Positions 10,484-21,091 of a DNA stretch of 64,000 bases are shown piece after piece. The notes below the pieces were generated by a model. The model was not told the DNA's origin and did not search any database. It worked only from the letters and a program-made list of their open reading frames with translations. This DNA is from an uncultured Nitrososphaerota archaeon. Its GTDB lineage: Archaea > Thermoproteota > Nitrososphaeria > Nitrososphaerales > CADDZS01. Where the stretch lies: the NCBI GenBank assembly GCA_963799845.1, contig CAWCYI010000006.1, forward strand, positions 960,001 to 1,024,000, read 5' to 3'. Position 1 is the stretch's first letter; the number at the start of each line of letters is the position of its first letter. The translations under genes and the position numbers were made by a program.

Positions 10484-10876
10484 TTACTTCCATTCCCAGA
10501 CCTTGGTACTGAACTCGTTTGTGGCAAGATTTAACTCGCCCTCCCAAATGCCCACAACCTTGTTCAGTCTTTCAAATCTCTTCGAAGTTGTCCAAAAGCA
10601 GCTAGCTCCGCGAATGTGCCTACCATCTTTGTCAGTCCATGAAACTCCAGTGTGCTCAGCTGTCACCACTTCACCATCCTTTGACGTAAGAATGCCGCTT
10701 CCCTCGACTGAGGATGTTCCATCGGGTCTTGGTTCCGAAGTGAGAGTGAGAAGATGCGTTGTCTCTATGCCGAGCAGTTTACCCATCCCCTGGGCATTGC
10801 TCTCGGTCCTCCCTGCTGAAAGTACTCTTATTCCCATCCCTTTTCCCTTTTCTTCGCGTATGAGTTCGCCTAACAT
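10484..10876 (-). CDS. Conserved hypothetical protein (beta-rich)
   Basis: ORF 10484..10942. Likely start MLGELIREEKG at 10876, ends KVWEWK. Confidence 0.65.
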   Translation of the reverse strand: MLGELIREEKGKGMGIRVLSAGRTESNAQGMGKLLGIETTHLLTLTSEPRPDGTSSVEGSGILTSKDGEVVTAEHTGVSWTDKDGRHIRGASCFWTTSKRFERLNKVVGIWEGELNLATNEFSTKVWEWK

Positions 10877-11047
10877 GTTAGGGATTCTACTCTCCTTCGC
10901 ACTAGAACCAGATCGGAGCCGCGTGAATCTTTCCATCCTCATTGTGGATGCAAAGAGTTGCGATCGGCGCTTGTCTAAGAAAAGTTTCCAATTCCGCTTG
11001 AGTGAGAGGGGGCTCTTGAAATACCAAATTATTTTTCCCCAATCTCA

Positions 11048-12396
11048 TTATTTTATGATGACGGTCGTATTCCCAGAGACTACGTGTGCATGCCCCTGAA
11101 AGTTGACGATTGCCTCTCCCGGAATGTAAGTGATTATTTCGACCTTTATCGGGACATGGTTGAAAGAGTTTGAAACTATGTTGGTCGTGAAAGGAGTACT
11201 GTCCGAAAGGAAGACCCCGGCATTAACGACCGCTGTTCCAATCGGGCTTCCGGAGAAGCTATTACCGGCCACCTTGTAGGTTCCAGCTCCGTCTTCTGTG
11301 GACACTGCTACAAAAGTAGAATCGGTGATCTTGTTGTTCAATACAGAAGTTGTGTCCGCAAAGACACTGATGCCGAGGTCATTATCCGCTAGTGTGTTAT
11401 CCCTCAAGATTGTCCCTGCCGCTGACGCGGAAGTGAGGATTCCCGATGCTTGAAACTCCGTAACGAGATTGGGGCCGCAAATGGCATTAGTGCATATATT
11501 GCCGCTGGCAGAATTATAGGCAACGTTAGCTGACGGCCCCTCCAAGAATAGCAATCCCCGCGGGCGCTGTAGTGGGCGAGTACGGAGAGTAGAATGACAC
11601 TTTGTTGTTGCTTATCATGCAAGTTTGCAGAGGACCCCAGCAACCGATCCCGAACTCTCCGTAATTAGGAATGAAATTATTGGATAAAGTGACAGTCTCG
11701 GCAGGCGAGAGGTTGTTGTTAATGTCGACGTCAATGCCTCCGCCATCTCCGCAACCATCCTGGGCAAGCGGCATATACATATTCTTGATCGTGTTGTCTG
11801 TGATCGAGCCGGATGCACCGTCAAAGTTTATTCCGGCAAAATCTGCATAGCAAAGCGGATAATTATTGATAGAAGAACGAGCTCCATCGCCATCGATTAC
11901 TAGGTTTCTAATGTTGATGTTCTTCAGCGTTGCACCGGTGCCATTGTTGCCCGCTAGGATTATGGCCGCTTGAGCAAAAGTGCAACAATTGAGAATAGTA
12001 TCATAGTTATTTACAACGACCGACGAGGGATCAATTACTGTAGGATTTGCCAATGTACCCCTTCCCATCAACGAAATTCCTCCCCTGGAAGTAATGTTTA
12101 GCTGCTCAGGAAAAATTCCCGAACCAACACAAACTGTAATCGATGAGATTTTGCTCTTCAGCTGCTGCATTTAGGGCAAGCTGTATCGCATCATTCTTAG
12201 GATTTTCATGACTCACAGTAATCCCACAAGAACTACTCGAAGTGGAGAGGGTACTCGAAGAGACGTTTTCAGAAGAAACACCGTTTGAAAAAGCGAAGGA
12301 GATTAGTGAAATCGACGACGATGCAAATAGTAGGAAGAGAAGAGCCATTGTTACGAGAACGCCTGTTTTTTTGATTTCTTGACGATTACCATTCAT
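11048..12396 (-). CDS. Secreted right-handed beta-helix (pectin lyase/NosD-like) protein, frameshifted
   Basis: Signal peptide in ORF 12106..12474, then Asn/Ile/Gly-rich repeats (NINIRNLVIDG, SITDNTIKN, LSNNFI, ISNNKV, LRDNTL) across three ORFs. Confidence 0.75.
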
Positions 12397-12437
12397 GGAT
12401 TGACGTCGACTCCACGGATAAGAAAGATACGATTGCC

Positions 12438-13160
12438 CTACCACGGCGACTCTAAAGTCCCTTGCATTATCCAACAGGCTTTGCCAGTGAGGTCTCCCGA
12501 AGGTGGAGCGATCAAATCCGCGTTCTGCGGTAAAATTCCCGTGGAACCCGGAAAATCTTCGGAGCCCGGAGCCGTGGCGATCGGGGCGAACCCTTGAAGC
12601 ACCGTATGGCCCTTCGCACCGGCTAGTTGGCCAGTGCCGCCCGTAAATTTCAACTCGTAATGGATTCCAAGGAAAGTGGCATTTGCCGGATTGGAGCTGA
12701 GATAGCCATTGACCGAGGAGGTCACGGTGCTAGCCCCGTTGGCAGTAGTGATGGTCTGCGCTCCGGCCACCGTGTAGGGCCGAGTGGATGAACCCGTCGA
12801 GGTTACTACAAGATCGAAATGGACTGTGCAGTCGCCCAGGGAAGACACCTGCACGACGCCGTCCACAGTATGCGTAAATTCCTGAGGACTCGTACTAGGG
12901 ACCGGGACCAGGATGAAAGTCGTGCCCGCATGCGCGAAAAATATCTGCGTGCTTAAAGTGGAGGATAATTTACTACTGCTCGTTTGTGTTCCTTGAGTGG
13001 CTGCAGCAGCCCTCAAAGGAGAGAGTATGTTGGCGCCACTTGCTACAACCGCCACGCCAGCAGCTCCCAGTGCAGCGTATTCCAGAAATTTTCTGCGTGT
13101 CGAATTAGAAATAGTTTCAGAGTCTTCTTTCGTATTTTCCGTCATACTAATCTTCAGCAT
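12438..13160 (-). CDS. Tat-secreted hypothetical protein
   Basis: STRRKFL twin-arginine motif followed by a hydrophobic segment. C-terminal FTGGTGQLAGAKG beta-barrel-like motif. Confidence 0.75.
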   Translation of the reverse strand: MLKISMTENTKEDSETISNSTRRKFLEYAALGAAGVAVVASGANILSPLRAAAATQGTQTSSSKLSSTLSTQIFFAHAGTTFILVPVPSTSPQEFTHTVDGVVQVSSLGDCTVHFDLVVTSTGSSTRPYTVAGAQTITTANGASTVTSSVNGYLSSNPANATFLGIHYELKFTGGTGQLAGAKGHTVLQGFAPIATAPGSEDFPGSTGILPQNADLIAPPSGDLTGKACWIMQGTLESPW

Positions 13161-13209
13161 CCCCTTTCTTTTGATTTCTTAGATCTCATTGCTGCAGCTC
13201 TAATAGTAG

Positions 13210-13758
13210 TTAGACCAGCCCGACCGCCAATTCTGCACTGACGCCGGTGGGGCATGATGCGACTTCAAAATACTCGGCACAATTGAAGATGAGTGCATGA
13301 CCCGGGATACCGGTGTCGAAGGTAAAGTGACTGCGAGTAGTCGTCGCATGATTTCCGGCAACGACGGTTGTGGTGTTAAGTCCCGATAGTACAAAGTTAC
13401 CGTCTGCTCCGACCACCCAACTTCCTACCCAGTTGGTTGTGTATGTGTATGCAACCTGTCCCTTCGCATTCCATTGCTCGCCAAACCAGACAACTGTCTG
13501 ATGGCCGTCCTTGTACAGTGCAGCTCCGATATTTGCAGTCCAACTCGGTCCTGGAGTGGCGGGAGGAATGGTGTATCCGTGCTCCCCAAATGGTCCGCAA
13601 AAGGTTGGATTGAAGCATGCTATGTTGATCGAGATCAGATACTCTGGTCGTTGCTGAGTCGATGCGCTCGCGAAAGAGAGTGCCACGAAAGAGAGAGCGA
13701 AGATGGACGTGATTGATATTAGTCCTATTTTTCTTGCCGTAACTTTCAGATTAATCAT
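13210..13758 (-). CDS. Secreted hypothetical protein
   Basis: Signal peptide (RKIGLISITSIFALSFVALSFASA). Likely start at ATG 13758. Confidence 0.65.
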   Translation of the reverse strand: MINLKVTARKIGLISITSIFALSFVALSFASASTQQRPEYLISINIACFNPTFCGPFGEHGYTIPPATPGPSWTANIGAALYKDGHQTVVWFGEQWNAKGQVAYTYTTNWVGSWVVGADGNFVLSGLNTTTVVAGNHATTTRSHFTFDTGIPGHALIFNCAEYFEVASCPTGVSAELAVGLV

Positions 13759-13772
13759 GACCCAAGATAGAA

Positions 13773-13800
13773 GTGGACAAATACTTGGGTATTTTTCCAC
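13773..13800. promoter_or_regulatory. 28-bp palindrome GTGGACAAATAC-TTGG-GTATTTTTCCAC, copy 1
   Basis: Identical to 14372-14399. Lies 15-42 bp upstream of ATG 13758. Confidence 0.65.
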
Positions 13801-13862
13801 CTCATCGAGCTAATTTTTCACGGGTCACACAAATGACAATTCAAAGCTGACAGTTTAAGTTC

Positions 13863-14288
13863 TCAAATTGGAAGACCCTTCGTTCCTGAGCTAAATACTG
13901 GTTTCGCAGAGACCGCGAGACCTACAAAAAGGAAGATAATTAATATCGCGGCGTAGCCAACATGTGAAAAATTCGTGTCACCTATCGAAACATGGGCAAT
14001 TAGTGCAGAGACAAACAGACCAATCGACCAGAGAGCGGTCAAGCCCCAAGCAAGCTTGGAACCCTTTGAGATTTCAAACCAAGCCAATATGGCTACCATC
14101 GCGGGAACGAGGAATATCGCAGAGCCGTACAATACTGAGTCGTGCCAGAAGAGATTTGCTAATTTTGGTTGAGTCAACAACAACTGGGTATACGTTGTCC
14201 CCGCATACGATGCTTCTCCCCACAGGGGGATGAGCGTGTCGATAACACCGTAAACCATGAACGCCACGCTTGCGAAGAACGTTATCAT
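13863..14288 (-). CDS. Membrane protein (about 4 TM)
   Basis: Hydrophobic helices throughout 141 aa. Confidence 0.7.
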   Translation of the reverse strand: MITFFASVAFMVYGVIDTLIPLWGEASYAGTTYTQLLLTQPKLANLFWHDSVLYGSAIFLVPAMVAILAWFEISKGSKLAWGLTALWSIGLFVSALIAHVSIGDTNFSHVGYAAILIIFLFVGLAVSAKPVFSSGTKGLPI

Positions 14289-14371
14289 CCATCCAGCTTT
14301 GAGGTATCTGTCGAGTGATCGTTGGTCTTTGACACCAGCTAGATCCTCCTACATATCTTGCCAAAGATCGG

Positions 14372-14399
14372 GTGGACAAATACTTGGGTATTTTTCCAC
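14372..14399. promoter_or_regulatory. 28-bp palindrome, copy 2
   Basis: Identical to 13773-13800. Upstream of the membrane-protein gene and an AGGAGG SD-like motif. Confidence 0.65.
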
Positions 14400-14541
14400 G
14401 CACACTAAATTCGATTAATTTTTGCCCTCTTTACTTCACATGAATTTGTCACGAGCATTGATCACAGAGAGATCGTGGAGGTGGGCAAATCAAGATCATA
14501 AAGAACCTTGTGAGATGAAACTTGCGCACATCGTCGCAATC

Positions 14542-16974
14542 CTATTTTAGGACTCGGGCCTTCATATCGGAAAGCTCTTGCACATAGTTTCTCACTTCGT
14601 CGCGGTCGTAATTAATTCTGAATCGTGTTACTTCGCCTCCCCTCCCCCGCTCGCCTGGAAAAGACTTTGCAATGACGAGATGACTCGAAACAAGCTCCCG
14701 GATCGCTGGAGTGGAGCCCACTTGTCCACCAATCTTGCCGTACAATGTGGACCTGGCCAATCCGACGTTTTTGGCAAGGTCTCCCAGAGTCCGCCAGCCT
14801 GACGAACCAGGATTGAGATCCTTGACTCCATGATCTTGAATGTACGAATCGACCAAAAAGTCAAAGATGGTTCTAGTTTTTACCTCTGCAAATTCTGGCA
14901 CTCGAATAGTCGCTTTCATCGTCTTCCGCCACCGGTCGCACCCTTCTTGGTCCAACCTTGCCCCAAGTCGGGAAAAGATCTCTTTCGCGTTACCGCTGTA
15001 TCTTTTTGCATTAATCGGATCGTGGATTTTATGATAAACTACCGCCAACTCTAACGCAGTCCTTGCTTCCTCGTACGGCCAACCGAGCTCTTGCCAACAC
15101 TCCATGCTCTTTTCCAGCGATTGGATGGCCTTTTCAAAATCCATCTGATTTGACGCAAGAATGCCTTCAGCTCTAAATGAGTAGGCGAAAGCCCAATTCT
15201 CGTCGATTATTTTTGCGCTCTCTTTCATCTCGCTAAGATGGGTTAATGCTTGCTCCAGTGAGCTCCTCTTTTGAGATCTAATTCAACCATGGCCGAGAGC
15301 AATTCGATAAAGTGTAACCCAACCTCCACAACAAGGCCGCACCTTTTGGCTAGCTCATAGCCCTGATCCAAATATTTTCCTGCTTCTTCGAAATTATTTT
15401 TCGCGGTGTACAGACGCCCAAGATAGAGGTAGGGAGCGATTCTTAATACAAGAGCCCCAAAACCCTTCGTGATGGCTACGACGCTCTTGAGATGAGTCTC
15501 AGCTGAGATCAAGATCTCCTCGATTAACGAGCAAACAACCCAGTGTAACTGTGCCAATTAATCTGACCAGAGAAGGAGCAGCTGGCATACTTGTTACGGA
15601 TTCATAGAGTTTTGTTGCTATTTCGTTTGCTTTGTCCCAGTATCCAAGCCTTGAATAAACTTCGGACACAAGCATAGAGGTCAGCCATAATTCAATTGGC
15701 GAAAACCCCACTTTCGATGCATATTCGAGACCTTCAACGAATAGACGTTCGGCGTCTTTGGATGCTCCCCTTACGAGGACGTTAAAGACTGCCCTGTGAA
15801 AATATCCATACGATGCTATTTGGAAGTAGTCGTGTTCCAACGCTAGTTGCAGACCTTTATCGATTGATTCCAGTGCTTGATTTTTCATTGAGAAGGGGAA
15901 ACCAGCAACTAGTTGATACCCCATGGACTCGGTCTCGAAAACCTTCGATTTCTTGGAAAGGATCATCGCTTCTTCTAACAATTCACTTCCTCCACCCACA
16001 TCCCCATCCCAAAATTTGATCACGGATAGGTTCATGAGTACATCCGAGAGCGATCCATCTGAAGTTCCGTTGTCCAAGAGACTCTTCGCCCTCTCGTAAG
16101 AGGCGAGGGCATTCACCTTGTCATAAGCGCCCAGATGGTACATCAACCCCAACTTACTCCAGAAAGAACCCGCCCTAATTTTATCTCCAAGATCCTCGTA
16201 AAGCTTGGCCGTTTCAGTCCAGTACTTCACGGTGTCGCCGGACTGACCTAGATACCACTTCTGGATGGCCAGCTGTTCGAGAACTTCGCCCTTCTTTACC
16301 AGTTCGTCGTGCAATAGTACCGTCCCAGATAGTATTTTCAATGCTTCCTCAAAGTGCCTACAGGCTACATGATGTGCGTAAAGTTCAGACGCATTCTTCC
16401 CTGCGATAATGTACTGTTCCAAAGCTTTGGCAGCAGAGCCCCCGAGCTGAAAATGAAAAGCTAAATTTGCCGAATGCTGCCCTAGTGCTTCACTCCCCAT
16501 TTGGGAAAAAGTTTGCTCAAGAATTTGAGCTACTCGCAAATGATAATCTTGTCGCTTTATCGGATTGAGTTCGCCATACAATACTTCTCTTACTGATTCG
16601 TCCGAAAAGAAATATCTCGATCCTACAACACTTTTACTATCAGTTTTCAGTCTGAACACTAGTCTGGATTTCAGAGCCTTCTCCGTTTGAGCATGCAACT
16701 CTTCCGGTTTGATTTCATGTAATACCTTTTCTAAAAAATCAAAATCAAAGCTTTCACCGATAACCGAAGCGGTTCTTAGTACTTCACGGGTCTCTCGGTC
16801 TAATCGTTGCAACCGCTGTCGGATAACTTCGACTATATTCTGCGGAATTTCAATTTTCGAGATGGGCCTCCTCTCCCATTGACCCTTGTCGTTGGTAAAA
16901 ATGTCTCTTTTTTCGAAAAGGGATTTTAATACCTCTTCAATGAATAGAGGGTTACCCTGCCGGAGTCGTGCCAC
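14542..16974 (-). pseudogene. STAND-type ATPase-TPR-wHTH regulator, N-terminally truncated and frameshifted
   Basis: Begins at GNPLFIEEVL, continues RLQRL..VLRTASVIG..F..ESVREVLY, TPRs and a C-terminal GWRTL..LYG..GERGRGGE domain. No Walker A/B upstream. Three ORFs. Confidence 0.78.
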
Positions 16975-17206
16975 CAGCCATTACATTTGCTTGGATCAAT
17001 ATTAGCAAAGGTCAAATTTTCGTGTGCGGGGGGTGGGACCCGTTGCACGTACTGCTCCCCAAAGACGTATCTCCAAAACGCAGTTCAATTTTCTAGTCCG
17101 AAAAGTAGCAATTGGGGAGCCGTTCGTTGTGGAAAATATTTCCTGCAAACCCAACAATTGGATCGGATGGGAATCAGAAATCTTCTACCATAGAGTTTTT
17201 GAGAGC

Positions 17207-18271
17207 CTAGATCGGCTTCGCTGGCTGGAATTCTGATCGGTAAGGAAACAATGCTGGAACGCCACCCGTGTGCATGAAGCATACTGTCTCGTCTTTCTTG
17301 AATTCCCCACCTTTTACAGAATCTATTATGAACGCCAATGTCTTTGCCGTGTAAACTGGATCGATGATCAGGCCTTCCTTCCTTGCAACGAGCCGCAGTG
17401 CATTGTTTGAAGACTTTGTCGGAAATCCGTAACCCTTTCCGGCATATTCGTCTCTTACGTCCACATCCTTTTTTTGAAGTTCTACATTAGTTCCGAATAG
17501 CCTGGAAGCTCCTGATGCAGTCTCGAGGATGGTTTCGGTGACCTTGCTTGTCTCGTAAGCGCCGATGTTGATCCCTATTACTCTAGTCTTCAGGCCCAGC
17601 ATCTTGGCACCCAGAGCGAGACCCGCGTGGGTCGGCCCGGAACCATTGGCAACTACGATCGCATCAATTTGTATTCCAGCTTTGTTCACTTGCTTTTGCA
17701 TTTCGAAAACACATTCTGCATAGGCGGCAGCTGCAGGTGGAGAGGAGGACATCTTTGGCCCTAACACGATGGGGTTGAACCCCTTTTTTCGCAGCTTCTT
17801 TGCCTCCTCCTGGAGGTATACCTCGGGGTCTTCGTCGATTCCCATGTCAACTATTCTAATGTCTGCGCCCATTATGTGGTCCAGGAGGATATTGCCATCC
17901 AAGACTTTTGGCTTCTTTTTGAATTGGGCGGTTCGAAGAACGAGAGACGGTTTCATTCCAAGTTTGATCGCAGCTGCGACGGTTTGCCTCGACCAATTGG
18001 ATTGAATACCGCAGGTCGTGATCACAGCGTCAGCTTTCTTTTTCTTTGCCTCAACAAGAAGATAGTCTAGAACTCTCGTCTTATTTCCTCCCATCGCGAG
18101 TCCAGTCATATCTTCCCTTTTCACATACAATCTTCCCCCACCCAATTCATCCGATAACCTTGGCATCGACTCGAGCGGAGTTGGGAAGTTTCCAATTCCT
18201 AATCGTTCTAATTGTCGGTACTCCAAATCTTCTTTCGGGACGATACCTGTTATCGTACAGTATTTAGGCAT
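17207..18271 (-). CDS. PLP-dependent D-cysteine desulfhydrase / ACC deaminase family protein
   Basis: YVKREDMTGLAMGGNKTR, GIQSNWSR, GSGPTHAGL, DPVYTAK, HTGG. Thr at the diagnostic positions favours the D-cysteine desulfhydrase type. Start approximate. Confidence 0.9.
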   Translation of the reverse strand: MPKYCTITGIVPKEDLEYRQLERLGIGNFPTPLESMPRLSDELGGGRLYVKREDMTGLAMGGNKTRVLDYLLVEAKKKKADAVITTCGIQSNWSRQTVAAAIKLGMKPSLVLRTAQFKKKPKVLDGNILLDHIMGADIRIVDMGIDEDPEVYLQEEAKKLRKKGFNPIVLGPKMSSSPPAAAAYAECVFEMQKQVNKAGIQIDAIVVANGSGPTHAGLALGAKMLGLKTRVIGINIGAYETSKVTETILETASGASRLFGTNVELQKKDVDVRDEYAGKGYGFPTKSSNNALRLVARKEGLIIDPVYTAKTLAFIIDSVKGGEFKKDETVCFMHTGGVPALFPYRSEFQPAKPI

Positions 18272-18338
18272 TAGAGTAATATCTAGATCTGAACTAAATT
18301 TCTTTAAATAAATCCCGATAAACTTCTGATGTTCAAGC

Positions 18339-20408
18339 TTGTCATCCCAATTCAAACATCTGTTTACTCCAATCGATGTCGGTCCCGTTCGTCTCAGAAA
18401 CAGAATCTCTGTTACTCCACATGCAACCATGTTTACATCTGACGCAAGAGACAACCTCCCTGGAGAGATGCTAGCTAACTACTGCGCTGAAAGGGCAAAG
18501 GGGGGAGTAGCTCTTGTTGAGATCTCGATGGCAATTGTCAGTAAGGAAGTTGGTCAGACCGCTCCGGATACCGATGCACACTTTAGTCATTTGAGCGGCG
18601 GCCACCCGATGATCCTCACCGGACGGTGGCCCCTTCGCGCTACCGACCCGCGGATTGTCTACGGATACTCGAAGCTCGCAAGGAAAGTGCATGAATACGG
18701 AGCAAAGTGTTTCATCGAGCTCGCTTCCGGCGGCACAAACGTCGGTAACGACAAGGGAGTTTCTAGGTTCCCGTGGCCCTCTCGCCCAATTCACGTCTTA
18801 CCAATTACTCCACGCGAGATGAACGAAGAAGACATCGAGTCACAGATCGAGGCATATGGTTACGGAGCAAAGCTCGTAAAAGACTCCGGTCTGGATGGAG
18901 TCGACCTACACGGCACGCACGGTGCCCTAATTTCCGAATTTCTTTCTCCGCTGATGAACCGGAGAAACGACCGGTGGGGCGGCTCACTGGATAATCGCAT
19001 GCGCTTCCTGGAACTTGTGATCAAAAGGATCAGGGAAAACGTGGGCAGCGACATCGCGCTGGGCATGCGGCTTATCGGGTACGAGCGGTTCGAGGGTGGA
19101 AATTCCCCGAAAGACGCCGCTGAAATTGCGAGAAGACTAGACGGCAAGATCGACTGGATCACCGCGGACCAGGGCTACTCGCCACAACAGGAAGCGTGGC
19201 AGGCAGTCCCGATGTACGTCGAGAGCGGTTACAATCTGGGGATCACAGATGCCGTGAAATCTTCTGTCCAGAAAACAAAGGTCTGCATCGTCGGCAAGTA
19301 CGTGGACGTGACGTATGCGGAGAGCCTCATTGCAAGCGGCAAAGCGGATATTGTTGCGATGACAAGGGCCCTGATCGCTGATCCGGAGCTCCCGAACAAG
19401 GCGATGGAGGGCAGGATTGACGAGATCCGACCGTGCATAGGAGTGCTCCAGGATTGCTGGGGGAGGATGATCCGCGGACTGCCGATCTCCTGCACCGTCA
19501 ACCCGGTCGTCAGCAGGGAAAAGGAGTGGGGCATCGGGACGATCAAAGAGGCACCGGTCAGGAAAAAAATCTTGGTGATCGGCGGGGGAATCGCTGGACT
19601 GGAATTTGCAAGGCTAGCTGCTGAAAGGGGACACGAAGTCGTGATCTACGAAAAGTCAACAAGCAGTGGCGGGCTCGCCATGACAGCCGCCAAGCTCCCG
19701 GGCCGCGAGAACATTCGCGCGATAGTAAGCTGGTTATCAGATCAGGTAAAGCGAGCCGGCGTGGAAGTAAAGTACGGTCTGGAGGTGACGCAGGACCCAG
19801 ATGTCATCGAATACGTCCTCGGTGAAGAAAAAGCTGACGCGGTCGTCATCGCAACAGGATCAAATCCTATTCGCTCCGGCTTCCAGCCGTATACCATGAA
19901 CGAAATCCGCGGCTGGGATCAACCGATCGTCTGCACTGATCAGGACGTTATCGAGCGAAAAACAGTTTTAGGGCATAGAGTAATCGTCGCCGATACACTC
20001 AGTTTCATTGAAGCTCCCGGAGTCGCCGAGTACATCGCAAAGCAGGGGCGGGAGGTCGAAGTGGTCACTCCGCTTGAGAACATCGCCCTGGAGCTAGATC
20101 TCTACAACCATCTCGAGCACGTGCTTCCTCGAATATTTGCTGCCGGTGTCAAGATATCTCCCTACACATGGGTCAGGAGAGTCGAGGGAAGAAAGGTTAC
20201 TCTTTACAACATCTACTACGAGCGAGAGGAGAGAGTCGAGGAAGTCGATAACCTCGTCCTGATCACCGGGCGAATGCAGAACGATTCACTGTACACCGCT
20301 TTCGTCCGAAAAGCGAAAGAAGTTTACCTGATCGGCGATGCGAGAATTGGCGGAGCGCGTATCGGAAACGCGATGTACGACGCGGGGAAACTGGCGAGAG
20401 AAATTTAG
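18339..20408 (+). CDS. OYE/FadH (TMADH-like) FMN/FAD oxidoreductase, paralogue 1
   Basis: LFTPIDVGPVRLRNRI, RAKGGVAL, EFLSP..NRRNDRWGG..NRMRF, RALIADPELP, VIGGGIAGLE, VVIATGS. Confidence 0.92.
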   Translation: MSSQFKHLFTPIDVGPVRLRNRISVTPHATMFTSDARDNLPGEMLANYCAERAKGGVALVEISMAIVSKEVGQTAPDTDAHFSHLSGGHPMILTGRWPLRATDPRIVYGYSKLARKVHEYGAKCFIELASGGTNVGNDKGVSRFPWPSRPIHVLPITPREMNEEDIESQIEAYGYGAKLVKDSGLDGVDLHGTHGALISEFLSPLMNRRNDRWGGSLDNRMRFLELVIKRIRENVGSDIALGMRLIGYERFEGGNSPKDAAEIARRLDGKIDWITADQGYSPQQEAWQAVPMYVESGYNLGITDAVKSSVQKTKVCIVGKYVDVTYAESLIASGKADIVAMTRALIADPELPNKAMEGRIDEIRPCIGVLQDCWGRMIRGLPISCTVNPVVSREKEWGIGTIKEAPVRKKILVIGGGIAGLEFARLAAERGHEVVIYEKSTSSGGLAMTAAKLPGRENIRAIVSWLSDQVKRAGVEVKYGLEVTQDPDVIEYVLGEEKADAVVIATGSNPIRSGFQPYTMNEIRGWDQPIVCTDQDVIERKTVLGHRVIVADTLSFIEAPGVAEYIAKQGREVEVVTPLENIALELDLYNHLEHVLPRIFAAGVKISPYTWVRRVEGRKVTLYNIYYEREERVEEVDNLVLITGRMQNDSLYTAFVRKAKEVYLIGDARIGGARIGNAMYDAGKLAREI

Positions 20409-20421
20409 CCTAGAATATCCC

Positions 20422-21087
20422 CTATTTTTCCACGGCATCGAAAACACTCGCGTTGCCCACCACCATAGAACCCACCTTGTTTTCTATCGAGTACCTCTTT
20501 TCGCAACGCGAAATTATCTCCGAGGCATGTCTTTCCGGAAGCACGACCACTCCGTCACCGTCGCCCAGGACAAGATCACCTGGATTCACTTTTACTCCGC
20601 CACAGTTTATCTCCAGGTCGTACTTTACGTACTCCAGTCGTCCCTTCGCATCCAGCGGCGTGATATTTCGCGCGAACACCTGAAACGGCGGTTTGATATT
20701 CAGTATTCTCGGTGTGTCTCTTACAGCGCCGTCCGTAACCACTCCACGCGCGCCCCGGGTGCGTGCAGTCTTGCTCATTATCTCTCCCCACGTCGCGATC
20801 GAATCAGATCCCTCGCTGTGTACCAAATAGATCGTTTGAGGCCCGCCGGTCTCGAGAAATTCCAGCATGACCTTCGCCCAGTCAATGAACTCTTTTTTTG
20901 TGTACCGCGCGTACTTGACAGCAAGTGCGGTGACGGCCTCGCCGGCGATCTTGACCGATGGATGGAGCGGGCGTATGGAAAGGTCGAGTACGTACCCCCG
21001 AAGATCCATCTCGTCCATAATATCGGAGACCAGCGTGCTGTACAGTCTTTCCAGTCTGTCGACCAGAGTGCTACCTTTTCTCGGCAT
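20422..21087 (-). CDS. RraA / HMG-aldolase family protein
   Basis: VSDIMD, TWGEIM, GVVTDGAVRD, GGVKVNPGDLVLGDGDGVVVLP. Confidence 0.9.
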   Translation of the reverse strand: MPRKGSTLVDRLERLYSTLVSDIMDEMDLRGYVLDLSIRPLHPSVKIAGEAVTALAVKYARYTKKEFIDWAKVMLEFLETGGPQTIYLVHSEGSDSIATWGEIMSKTARTRGARGVVTDGAVRDTPRILNIKPPFQVFARNITPLDAKGRLEYVKYDLEINCGGVKVNPGDLVLGDGDGVVVLPERHASEIISRCEKRYSIENKVGSMVVGNASVFDAVEK

Positions 21088-21091
21088 GAGC

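Noticed and set aside
17207-18271. True ACC deaminase
   Set aside because: It has DPVYT and HTGG rather than the Glu/Leu (DPVYE, HLGG) signature.
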